From an uncultured SAR86 cluster bacterium (lineage in GTDB: Bacteria > Pseudomonadota > Gammaproteobacteria > Magnimaribacterales > AG-339-G14): a DNA stretch of 64,000 bases. How positions within the stretch are numbered: position 1 is the first letter of the stretch; the number at the start of each line of letters is the position of its first letter. The DNA is taken from contig CACFWO010000004.1 in NCBI GenBank assembly GCA_902570035.1, positions 22,144-86,143 on the forward strand, given 5' to 3'. The notes beneath the pieces are model-generated. The model made no database searches. It was not told the DNA's origin and saw nothing but the letters and a program-made list of their open reading frames with translations. The translations under genes and the position numbers were made by a program. Shown one piece after another: positions 31,177-40,241 of this stretch.

Positions 31177-31999
31177 TTTTTTTCTTCTTTTGATATCTTT
31201 TAATCTCATTTCGGTCGAGCGAGATCAATTGGATGTTGATTTTCTTAGGGATGATGAGTATAGAATTGACTTAATTTTTATTAAGTATTTAAAAGATGAG
31301 GACTTAAAAGAAAACTTTCAGAATCCAGAAGTAAATTTTGAAAGATTTTTTGTTACTCTTGATGAATTCCAATATCCAAATTTAGATATCTTCCCTACAA
31401 ATTTTGAAATTCCTAAAGAAAACCAATCCATTGATATTCCTTTCATTAAGAAAGAAACACAAAAAAAGACTACAGAAAAAAATATAATTACTCGAAAAAG
31501 AGAGTTTCCTAGAGAAATATTTCAGATAGATAAAAGAGACGATAATTTAATGAAAGAATTTAAGGATCTCATCAGGAGAAGTAGATACTTTAGATTCATT
31601 GGGGAACAATCTTGGTATCAACCTATACCAACAAAAGATAATTCATTTGAAATCTTTATTGATTCAAGCACTGAAAGAGGTTCAAGGATTTATGGTTTTT
31701 TAAGACCTTACAAAGGAAGATATTTGCACACTGATATCGAGGTTTTTTTAGCAGAAAAAATTCAAGAAGATGAAATCTTAAGTGTCGAAGAATCAGATAA
31801 TACTAATCCAAATATAGAAGGTTATTTATTCAATAATACAGGTCTAGATTTACAAAAGAAAAGTCTGCCAAATTTACAAGAAGAAGAGCTAATGCCTGTT
31901 TTCCAGTTAAAAGAATCTAGAAGACTTAGATCGGGAGAAATTAATTATTTTGATCATCCAAAATTTGGATTACTTCTTTTAATAACTAAGCCGAGTTAG
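31163..31999 (+). CDS. CsiV-like periplasmic (peptidoglycan-binding) protein
   Basis: Signal peptide, WYQP, GRYLH and C-terminal ESRRLRSGEINYFDHPKFGLL; usual position after mfd. Confidence 0.75.
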   Translation: MKLANFFLLLISFNLISVERDQLDVDFLRDDEYRIDLIFIKYLKDEDLKENFQNPEVNFERFFVTLDEFQYPNLDIFPTNFEIPKENQSIDIPFIKKETQKKTTEKNIITRKREFPREIFQIDKRDDNLMKEFKDLIRRSRYFRFIGEQSWYQPIPTKDNSFEIFIDSSTERGSRIYGFLRPYKGRYLHTDIEVFLAEKIQEDEILSVEESDNTNPNIEGYLFNNTGLDLQKKSLPNLQEEELMPVFQLKESRRLRSGEINYFDHPKFGLLLLITKPS

Positions 32000-33392
32000 T
32001 TTTTTCTAAGTTCTGAAGATGTTCTTTAAGTGCGTTTTTGATCTTTAAATGGTCTATGTCATCCGAATCGTATTTTTCTAATTTTTGTATAGCTTGACTT
32101 AAATTTAGCCAAGGTCCTTTTGTGAATAATCGTTCGTTAATAAATTTAGAAAAATCTTCATTTTCATCGTCAGATAATAAATCGGGTTTCTCTAAAGCTA
32201 TAATTCTAGATGCTAATTCTCTGTATCTGCTGTCTTCAAATCCTTCCTTTAATTTTGTTTTATCTTGCCAAGTTGAAATATGAAATTTTTCCATCCAAAG
32301 CCTGTCTGAATCACTAGGAAACCTTTCATATATTGCTTGATCTACATATTTTGGAGGTGGATAACTTTTTTGTTTTTTTATTAAAAGTTCGGAGAGTCTT
32401 TCTGAAAATTCGAAATTTTCTTTTAATAAATTTGCCCTTCTCGTTAATTCTTTGATTGATAAATCAAGATATGAGGAAGGTTTAGAGATACTGCTTAACG
32501 GAGTAACTGGCATGCTTTTATTTATTGAAACTAATTTGAAAGCTCCGCCTTGAGTTCCTAATTGCTCTAAAAGTTCATGATCCTTAAGTTTAAATAATTC
32601 TTCTGGATTGAAATACAAATCACAAACAATTATTTGATTTTGATTCGAATTATTTTGTCCGCATGGATAGATAGGATAAACGTATTTATTTCTGCGTATC
32701 ACCTCACCTAATAGGCAAAATTTTTCAGATCTTAATATGTCTAAGTTTCCTTTCTTAGATGAACCTTGAATGAAAATTTTCCATGCTTCGGGAGCTTTGT
32801 CCTTAATAATTTTTCCAAGTTCAACCATCAAGATACAGTCCTCTAAAGCATCATGTGCTCCTTCAGCAGAAATACCATTTGCTTCTGCTAAATCACTGAG
32901 TTTGAGGCTTAAATCACCATTTTCATTTTTACCTGTTTTAATTTCATCAGAATAAAAGTTTGCTAATAACTGAAACAATACATACATATCCGCTCTACCG
33001 TTATTATTAGTGTTAGTTATATATGGATCCAATAAATACCAATAGAATTGTCGTCTCAGCAATTCCTCATCAAACTTGTGACCGTTATAAGTTATGTGAA
33101 CTAAATTCGATGAATCAGCCCATTGCTGCCAAGTTGCGTGGATCTCTTTTATGAGATCGTAATGAGTCTTGTTGCAATTTGAATTGAGGGTAGAAATCTT
33201 TTTATGAGTGAAATATGCTCCTGGATCTGGAACTATCCATGGCAAAATTTGACATTCATCATCAATAGTATCAATTTGATCAAAATTTTCAGACGTTAAA
33301 ATTGAGCCAATTTGAATAATTTGAGAAAAATTGATGTTTAAACCTGTTGTCTCAGTGTCATTGAAAACATATGAGACATTCTTTTCAGGCAT
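31986..33392 (-). CDS. sbcB: Exodeoxyribonuclease I
   Basis: DEDDh motifs DTETTG, YNGHKFDEE and AHDALED; length fits ExoI. Confidence 0.85.
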   Translation of the reverse strand: MPEKNVSYVFNDTETTGLNINFSQIIQIGSILTSENFDQIDTIDDECQILPWIVPDPGAYFTHKKISTLNSNCNKTHYDLIKEIHATWQQWADSSNLVHITYNGHKFDEELLRRQFYWYLLDPYITNTNNNGRADMYVLFQLLANFYSDEIKTGKNENGDLSLKLSDLAEANGISAEGAHDALEDCILMVELGKIIKDKAPEAWKIFIQGSSKKGNLDILRSEKFCLLGEVIRRNKYVYPIYPCGQNNSNQNQIIVCDLYFNPEELFKLKDHELLEQLGTQGGAFKLVSINKSMPVTPLSSISKPSSYLDLSIKELTRRANLLKENFEFSERLSELLIKKQKSYPPPKYVDQAIYERFPSDSDRLWMEKFHISTWQDKTKLKEGFEDSRYRELASRIIALEKPDLLSDDENEDFSKFINERLFTKGPWLNLSQAIQKLEKYDSDDIDHLKIKNALKEHLQNLEKTNSA

Positions 33393-33394
33393 AA

Positions 33395-33985
33395 TTATTT
33401 AAAATAAGCGTTTTCTGTATGTGAATGATCGGTTGAATCTATGATTCCGGTAATTTCAGGAACATTTTCTATAAGAGTTTTTTCAACCCCATCTTTTAGT
33501 GTGACGTCAATCATACTGCAACCCTGACAACCGCCACCGAATTGAAGAACCGCTTTATTGTCATCAAGAACTTCAACCAGACTAACCTCTCCTCCATGCG
33601 CTGCTAAAGCAGGATTAATCTCACTCTGTAAATAAAAATTAATCTTATCTTCAATGGAGCTTTCATCTGATAAAAATGGAGTTTTTGATTTTGGTGCTCT
33701 AATTGTCAGTTGACCTCCAAATTTATCTGGATGGTAATCAACTTTGGCATCCTCTAGGTATGGAAGACTTCTCTCATCAAGAAAAACGTTAAATGATTTA
33801 TAAGTTTGAGAAAAATCAGTTGGATCTTGTTCGCCTGGTTTGCAATAAACAATACATGTTTCTGCCCTATTTGAACCAGGGTCAGAAACAAAGATTCTTA
33901 TGTTTGTGTCATTTTCTTCAGAATCTTTAAGAAGATTACCTAAATATTCTTCTGCGCCCTCTGTGATTTCAACAATATTTGACAT
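33395..33985 (-). CDS. nfuA: Fe-S biogenesis protein NfuA
   Basis: Degenerate A-type carrier domain plus INPALAAHGG...FGGGCQGC...TLKDGVE. Confidence 0.95.
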   Translation of the reverse strand: MSNIVEITEGAEEYLGNLLKDSEENDTNIRIFVSDPGSNRAETCIVYCKPGEQDPTDFSQTYKSFNVFLDERSLPYLEDAKVDYHPDKFGGQLTIRAPKSKTPFLSDESSIEDKINFYLQSEINPALAAHGGEVSLVEVLDDNKAVLQFGGGCQGCSMIDVTLKDGVEKTLIENVPEITGIIDSTDHSHTENAYFK

Positions 33986-34911
33986 TAAAGTTTTGCGTCA
34001 AGTTCAGGGACGGCAGTAAATAAGTCAGCAACCAGACCATAATCTGCTACTTGAAATATAGGTGCATCCTCATCTTTATTAATCGCCACTATAACTTTAC
34101 TATCCTTCATTCCTGCTAAGTGCTGAATAGCCCCTGATATTCCAACAGCTATGTATAGATCTGGTGCAACAATTTTTCCGGTTTGTCCTACTTGATAATC
34201 GTTCGGAACAAAACCAGAATCTACTGCTGCTCTTGAAGCACCTATAGCAGCTCCTAATTTGTCAGCTACAGATTCCAGAATTTTAAAATTATCTCCATTT
34301 TGCATACCTCTGCCACCAGAAATAATTACATCTGCTGAAGTTAATTCAGGTCTATCTGACTCAGCAATTTCTTCTTTTATGAACTCTGATATTCCAAGGT
34401 TATGGCTTTCTTGAAGATCAACAATCTCTGCACTTCCATCATTTTGCGCAGCATCAAAAGCAGTTGTTCTAACAGTGATAACTTTCTTTGAATCACTGTT
34501 TTGAACGGTCGCAATACAATTTCCAGCATAAATTGGTCTTTCGAAAGTATCGCTAGACTCAATTGCGGTGATATCAGATATTTGAGCAACATCCAAAAGA
34601 GCGGAAACTCTTGGCATATAATTCTTACCATTAGTTGTTGCTGGGGAAAGGATGTGACTATAGTCAGCAGAAATTGCAACAATTAAGTCTGCAATATTCT
34701 CGGCGAGACAATGTTCGTATTCTGGGGAATCTGCTACTAATACCTTTGCTACTCCGTATATTTTTGCAGCTTGATCCTTTGCTCCAGAACAATTTGATCC
34801 GGCAACAAGTACGTGAATATCCCCTTCCAGATTAGTTGCAGCAGTTACAACATTATTAGTTGATGCTTTAATTTCTACGTTATCGTGTTCAGCTATTACA
34901 AGTATGCTCAT
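33985..34911 (-). CDS. etfA: Electron transfer flavoprotein alpha subunit
   Basis: [27 protein letters not shown] and GISGAIQH. Confidence 0.97.
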   Translation of the reverse strand: MSILVIAEHDNVEIKASTNNVVTAATNLEGDIHVLVAGSNCSGAKDQAAKIYGVAKVLVADSPEYEHCLAENIADLIVAISADYSHILSPATTNGKNYMPRVSALLDVAQISDITAIESSDTFERPIYAGNCIATVQNSDSKKVITVRTTAFDAAQNDGSAEIVDLQESHNLGISEFIKEEIAESDRPELTSADVIISGGRGMQNGDNFKILESVADKLGAAIGASRAAVDSGFVPNDYQVGQTGKIVAPDLYIAVGISGAIQHLAGMKDSKVIVAINKDEDAPIFQVADYGLVADLFTAVPELDAKL

Positions 34912-35660
34912 GTTATTACCTTTGCTTCATTTTTAAGTTTATCTACTAAATCATCTACAGTTTCTACAATGATTCCAGCTTCTCTAACTGGAGGAGGAGA
35001 AACTTTTAAAGTTTTATTCCTTGGCTCAATATCTACACCCAAAGATCCAGCCTCTATTATATCGAGAGGTTTTTGCTTTGACTTCATAATATTCGGTAAA
35101 GAAGCATATCTTGGTTCGTTTAACCTTAAATCTGTAGATACTATACAAGGAAGATTGACAGATATTGTTTGCAAACCACCATCAACTTCTCTCGTTACAA
35201 CAGCCTTTGCTCCTTCAATTTTTAATTCAGAGGCAAATGTTGCTTGAGCGAACCCAGTAAGAGCTGCCAACATTTGAGAGGTTTGGTTATTATCACCATC
35301 TATAGCTTGCTTACCCAGTATTACTAAGTCAGGAGACTCTTTTTCAACAACTCCTTTTAAAAGTTTTGCAATAGCTAAAGGTTCAACCTCAATGTCAGTT
35401 TCTACCAAAATAGCTCTGTCGGCACCGAGGGCTAAGGCAGTTCTTAATTGTTCTTGAGAAGCTGAAGACCCTACTGTCACAGCAATTATCTCAGTAGCAG
35501 TGCCTCCCTCTTTTAATCTGACAGCTTCTTCTACAGCAATCTCGCAAAATGGATTAATAGCCATTTTTACATTGTTTAAGTCAACACCCGATTCATCAGC
35601 TTTTGGCCTAACTTTAACGTTGTAATCAACAACTCTCTTTATTGGAACTAAAATTTTCAT
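34908..35660 (-). CDS. etfB: Electron transfer flavoprotein beta subunit
   Basis: [23 protein letters not shown] and [12 protein letters not shown]. Confidence 0.97.
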   Translation of the reverse strand: MKILVPIKRVVDYNVKVRPKADESGVDLNNVKMAINPFCEIAVEEAVRLKEGGTATEIIAVTVGSSASQEQLRTALALGADRAILVETDIEVEPLAIAKLLKGVVEKESPDLVILGKQAIDGDNNQTSQMLAALTGFAQATFASELKIEGAKAVVTREVDGGLQTISVNLPCIVSTDLRLNEPRYASLPNIMKSKQKPLDIIEAGSLGVDIEPRNKTLKVSPPPVREAGIIVETVDDLVDKLKNEAKVIT

Positions 35661-35763
35661 AATTTTTATATAGTGTTAAAGCGGAATATTACAAGAACTA
35701 CATATTCTAAAGGATTTGCTACTTGAAAGTAAGTCTTTAGAATACTCTCATAGATTAGTAGGT

Positions 35764-37419
35764 ATGGAAGAAAATCAAGCTGAAAGAGACGTCATGGAAT
35801 ATGATGTCGTTGTTGTGGGTGGTGGTCCATCTGGCCTATCCACTGCAATTAAGTTAAAACAATTAGCTGCTGAAAAAAATGCAGAAATAAGCGTATGTCT
35901 CATTGAAAAAGGCTCTGAAATAGGAGCACACATATTGTCTGGGAATTGTTTTGAGCCAAGAGCTCTTGATGAGCTTATTCCTGATTGGAAAGAAAAAGGA
36001 GCTCCTTTGAATTCCCCAGCAACAAGAGATGTTGTGAAATTCCTGATTAACGAAAATTTATCATTTAACATTCCTTTTCCCTCTTTTTTAATGCCTAATT
36101 TTAATAATCACGGCAACTATGTAATGAGTCTGGCTAACTTATGTAGATGGCTTGGAACTCAGGCAGAAAATTTAGGAGTAGAGATCTTTCCAGGATTTAC
36201 AGCTGCGGATGTGATCTTAGAAAACGATGTTGTTAAAGGAATTCTTACCGGTGAAATGGGAATTTCTAAAGACGGTGAGAAAAAAGCTTCTTACCAACCC
36301 TCTATGGAATTAAGAGCTAAGTACACAATATTTGCAGAAGGATGTAGAGGTCACTTAGGAAAAAAACTTATTGCAAAATATGAGCTAGATAAAGATAAAG
36401 ACCCTCAACATTACGGTATTGGATTCAAAGAAGTATGGGATGTCCCAGCTGAAGTACATTCAGAAGGTACCGTGATGCATACTTTTGGTTGGCCGAGTAA
36501 ATCAAAAGCTGGTTCATATTTTTACCATGGAGAGAATAATCAAGTCTACATAGGCCTAGTTGTTCCACTCGATTATTCAAATCCACATTTGAGTCCCTTT
36601 GATGAATTCCAACAATGGAAACAACATAAAGATATAAAAAAGATCCTGGAGAATGGAACAAGAGTAGCTTATGGAGCTAGAGCACTCATCAAAGGAGGTT
36701 ATCAATCTAGACCAAAAATGACTTTTCCTGGTGGACTTATTGTCGGTGACAATGCTGGAACAATGGTTTTCACTAAGATTAAAGGAACTCACACGGCAAT
36801 GAAGTCTGGAATGCTTGCTGCAGAAACAGTATTTGATGCAGTTCAAAATAATAATCTAGATGCTGATTTAGAGTCCTATGAAGAAAAATTTAATTCATCT
36901 TGGATACAAACTGACTTGTATAAATCAAGAAATATGACGCCTCTTCTCCATAAATATGGAACGTGGATTGGAGGAATTTTAATGGCTATAGAGCAATTCT
37001 TATTTAGAGGTCGTTATCCATTCACATTGACTCATAAAACGCCCGACTATGCATGTATGAAAAAAGCAAGTGAGTGTGAAAAAATTGATTATCCAAAACC
37101 CGATGGAAAAATTAGCTTTGATAAATTATCTTCTGTTTTTCTTTCAAATACCAATCATGAAGAAGATCAACCTTGTCACTTAACTCTTAAAGATTCTTCT
37201 ATTCCGATAAATGTAAATCTACCGACTTATGATGAGCCGGCTCAAAGATATTGTCCAGCTGGTGTCTATGAGGTTGTAGAGAAAGACGGAGAACACAAAT
37301 TTCAAATTAATGCGCAGAATTGTGTTCATTGTAAAACTTGTGATATCAAAGACCCTAGCCAAAATATAGTTTGGATAACCCCAGAAGGTATGGGTGGTCC
37401 TAACTATCCAAACATGTAG
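35764..37419 (+). CDS. ETF-ubiquinone oxidoreductase
   Basis: GGGPSGL, EKGSEIGAHILSG, KGTHTAMKSG and 4Fe-4S CPAGVYE...NCVHCKTCDIKD. Start set at ATG 35764. Confidence 0.95.
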   Translation: MEENQAERDVMEYDVVVVGGGPSGLSTAIKLKQLAAEKNAEISVCLIEKGSEIGAHILSGNCFEPRALDELIPDWKEKGAPLNSPATRDVVKFLINENLSFNIPFPSFLMPNFNNHGNYVMSLANLCRWLGTQAENLGVEIFPGFTAADVILENDVVKGILTGEMGISKDGEKKASYQPSMELRAKYTIFAEGCRGHLGKKLIAKYELDKDKDPQHYGIGFKEVWDVPAEVHSEGTVMHTFGWPSKSKAGSYFYHGENNQVYIGLVVPLDYSNPHLSPFDEFQQWKQHKDIKKILENGTRVAYGARALIKGGYQSRPKMTFPGGLIVGDNAGTMVFTKIKGTHTAMKSGMLAAETVFDAVQNNNLDADLESYEEKFNSSWIQTDLYKSRNMTPLLHKYGTWIGGILMAIEQFLFRGRYPFTLTHKTPDYACMKKASECEKIDYPKPDGKISFDKLSSVFLSNTNHEEDQPCHLTLKDSSIPINVNLPTYDEPAQRYCPAGVYEVVEKDGEHKFQINAQNCVHCKTCDIKDPSQNIVWITPEGMGGPNYPNM

Positions 37420-37983
37420 TCAGTCCAATTTTCCAAGCGAAAATTCCTTATCGTTACTTTTAATAAATAATTCTTTATCCCTCTCGTAGGATTCGTCTAC
37501 TAATTGATAAAAAACATTTCTACTGATCAGCCCTTCTAAGTTTTTTCTTACCTTTAAATATGGTGAAGGTTCTTGTGTATCTTTATCAATTTCAACTCTT
37601 AACTTATCTAGAGTATCTAAAAGTACAATATCGCCAACATTGGTCTTGAACAAAAACACTTCTTTATTGTTTTTAATTTCTTTTTGAAAGGTAACGATAA
37701 CAAAGGGCTTATCTTCAACTTCAATCTTAATTTTTTCTACTGGGGTAACAAGGTAGTAATTTCCATCATCATCGAATCTAAGAACTGTACTAAATAAACT
37801 AACCATTTTTTCGCGACCTATAGGAGAATCCATAAAATACCATTTTCCATCTCTGGATATTTTCATCTGAACGTTTTCACATAAAGGAGGGTTCCAATCA
37901 TCTACGGGAGGAAGTGAACCTTCATTTTGAAGCTTCAAAATATCACTAAATAATTGAGCAGATGTTTTTGGGCCAGATTCCAT
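37420..37983 (-). CDS. DUF1285 family protein
   Basis: PPVDDWNPP, DGKWYF, LVTPVEK, TNVGD and ISRNVFYQL. Confidence 0.88.
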   Translation of the reverse strand: MESGPKTSAQLFSDILKLQNEGSLPPVDDWNPPLCENVQMKISRDGKWYFMDSPIGREKMVSLFSTVLRFDDDGNYYLVTPVEKIKIEVEDKPFVIVTFQKEIKNNKEVFLFKTNVGDIVLLDTLDKLRVEIDKDTQEPSPYLKVRKNLEGLISRNVFYQLVDESYERDKELFIKSNDKEFSLGKLD

Positions 37984-38573
37984 TACAAAGTAAATAAATA
38001 AAAAGAACTAATTATAAAAACGATACCAGTAAATTTGTATATCCATGGAATGAAATTATTAAATTTATATAAAAATCCTTTACTTGTGAGTAAAAAAGAC
38101 AAAAATGCAAACCACATAAAAGTACTAATTGCTATAAACACAGCATAAAGAATTAGAATACTTAAAGGAGTATCAATACTCACTATTGCAAAAAATAACG
38201 TAACAGTAAATGTACTTGCCTGAAGATTAAGAAGATTTGTCATAAATCCAAGGGTGAAATTTTTAGAACTTGATTGTATTACTGTTTCAGATGATCGGTT
38301 AGTAAATAAAGAAGAAATTCCCAAATACATTAGATATAAAATAGCTATAGGTTTAAGGATAAGAAATATATTTTCCTGATATCTCATGATTAATTCCATT
38401 CCAAAAATAGAATACAGACAATGAAAGAATTCACTGGTGGCAATACCTAAAGCAGTAAAAATAGATGCTCTCCTTGTAGATGATAGAGATTGTCTCAGTA
38501 CAACAGCAAAATCAGGTCCAGGACTTATAACCGCTAAAAGATGAATGGAAGCAATTAAAAGAAATTCAGTCAA
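37983..38573 (-). CDS. LysE family translocator
   Basis: SPGPDFAVV, ALGIA and GFMTNLLN; multiple TM helices. Confidence 0.85.
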   Translation of the reverse strand: MTEFLLIASIHLLAVISPGPDFAVVLRQSLSSTRRASIFTALGIATSEFFHCLYSIFGMELIMRYQENIFLILKPIAILYLMYLGISSLFTNRSSETVIQSSSKNFTLGFMTNLLNLQASTFTVTLFFAIVSIDTPLSILILYAVFIAISTFMWFAFLSFLLTSKGFLYKFNNFIPWIYKFTGIVFIISSFYLFTL

Positions 38574-39562
38574 AATATCTGGGGTTCTATTTCTAAATTA
38601 ATGTTGTAATTCTCCAACACAGAGGCCTGAATATGCGAAGCAAGATCAAGAATATCCTCCGATTTCTCAGACTTATTTTCTAGCACTAGCGAGTGTTTTT
38701 CAGACACTCTTGCATTATTCAATGCAAAACCTTTTAGGTTTAGAGATTCAATTAAAAAAGCTGCTGATATTTTTACTTTATTATCAATGTATGAATAAAA
38801 TTTAATACTTGGAAGAATTTGTTTTATTTTTTCCAATTCATCCAATGAGATAATAGGATTTTTAAAAAAGCTTCCAACATTTGGATGTTCTTGTGGATCT
38901 GATATTTTAGCTTTTCTTATTTTTAGGATATGTTTTCTGATGATAAACGGAGTAATCTCTTCTGCTTTTAAAAAGTTTAAATCTTCATACTCCAAGTTGG
39001 GTTGAAAATCTTTAGTTAATTTGAATTTAACTTTTATGACAATTAGAGAGTCTTTATCTTGAAATATGCTTTTTCTATATGAAAATTTGCAATCATTATT
39101 AGTAAAGCTAACAAAACTGTTTGATTCCATATCAAAACAAATGACTTCATCAATAAAATCAGATACTTCGGTCCCATAAGCTCCAATATTCTGAATAGGA
39201 GCAGCTCCAATGCTTCCAGGTATGCCTGATAAATTCTCTAATCCGCAATAACCGTTTTCTAAGGACCAGAGCACAAAATCATCCCAATTTTTACCCGCTC
39301 CAACTGTAATTAAATTATCCTCGATAGATATTTCATTAAATGAAATTGTTATTACAAACTTGTTAAGCAAATTAGGCAGAACAACGTTGGATCCCTCTCC
39401 AAGGATACAAAAATTAATTTTTTTTGTTGAGGTAAAATTTTGAATATTTTTTAAGTCTTCAAGATCAAAGATTTCTATAAAAAACTTTGCAGTAGAATCA
39501 ATTTTTAAAAGATTATTTTCTTTTAAGCTAAAGGATTTTTTTATTTTATTTGATAATTTCAT
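38570..39562 (-). CDS. murB: UDP-N-acetylmuramate dehydrogenase
   Basis: GEGSN, GLENLSGIPG, QNIGAYG, GSFFKNP, KHSLVL and LEIEP. Confidence 0.95.
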   Translation of the reverse strand: MKLSNKIKKSFSLKENNLLKIDSTAKFFIEIFDLEDLKNIQNFTSTKKINFCILGEGSNVVLPNLLNKFVITISFNEISIEDNLITVGAGKNWDDFVLWSLENGYCGLENLSGIPGSIGAAPIQNIGAYGTEVSDFIDEVICFDMESNSFVSFTNNDCKFSYRKSIFQDKDSLIVIKVKFKLTKDFQPNLEYEDLNFLKAEEITPFIIRKHILKIRKAKISDPQEHPNVGSFFKNPIISLDELEKIKQILPSIKFYSYIDNKVKISAAFLIESLNLKGFALNNARVSEKHSLVLENKSEKSEDILDLASHIQASVLENYNINLEIEPQIF

Positions 39563-40241
39563 TAGCTCTAATCAAATCTTCTTCAGTATCTATTCCAAAG
39601 CTGCTCGTAGAAGATGATTTAAATGCTTTAATCTGATGACCGTTATCTAGAGCTCTCAATTGTTCTAAACTTTCTCGAATCTCGTTTTCAGATTGCTCAT
39701 ATTTAACGAATTTTTGTAAAAATTCACATCTATAAGCATATATTCCAAGATGATGATAAATAGAATCTGATGATTTGAAGTCTCTTGAAAATGAAGTTGC
39801 AATATTGTCAGTCACACTAATTTTCACTGCATTAGTATCATCTATATCTTCTTTTTTAAGTTCTTTGTATAAGGTTGCCATTTCGAAATCATCCTTGTAA
39901 TTGTGTATCAAAGTATTGATATCATCATGAGATATAAATGGTTCATCACCTTGAACGTTAATTATTAAATCTTCTTCATGACAATTTATTTTTGTTATTG
40001 CTTCGTGGATTCTATCTGTGCCTGTTTTATGATCTACTGAAGTCATAATCACTTGTCCGTTAAATTCTAGAACTTGATCTCTTATCTTCTCAGAATCTGT
40101 TGCAATAAATATAAAATTGGCTTCAGACTTTCTACAAGATTCATACACCCATTGAATCATTGGCTTGCTACCAATTTTCTTTAACGGTTTACCGGGTAAT
40201 CTAGATGAGGACCATCTAGCAGGGATCACTACATAATTCAT
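39546..40241 (-). CDS. kdsB: 3-deoxy-manno-octulosonate cytidylyltransferase
   Basis: IPARWSSSRLPGKPL, TGTDR, NVQGDEP, HLGIYAY and ESLEQLR. Confidence 0.96.
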   Translation of the reverse strand: MNYVVIPARWSSSRLPGKPLKKIGSKPMIQWVYESCRKSEANFIFIATDSEKIRDQVLEFNGQVIMTSVDHKTGTDRIHEAITKINCHEEDLIINVQGDEPFISHDDINTLIHNYKDDFEMATLYKELKKEDIDDTNAVKISVTDNIATSFSRDFKSSDSIYHHLGIYAYRCEFLQKFVKYEQSENEIRESLEQLRALDNGHQIKAFKSSSTSSFGIDTEEDLIRANEIIK

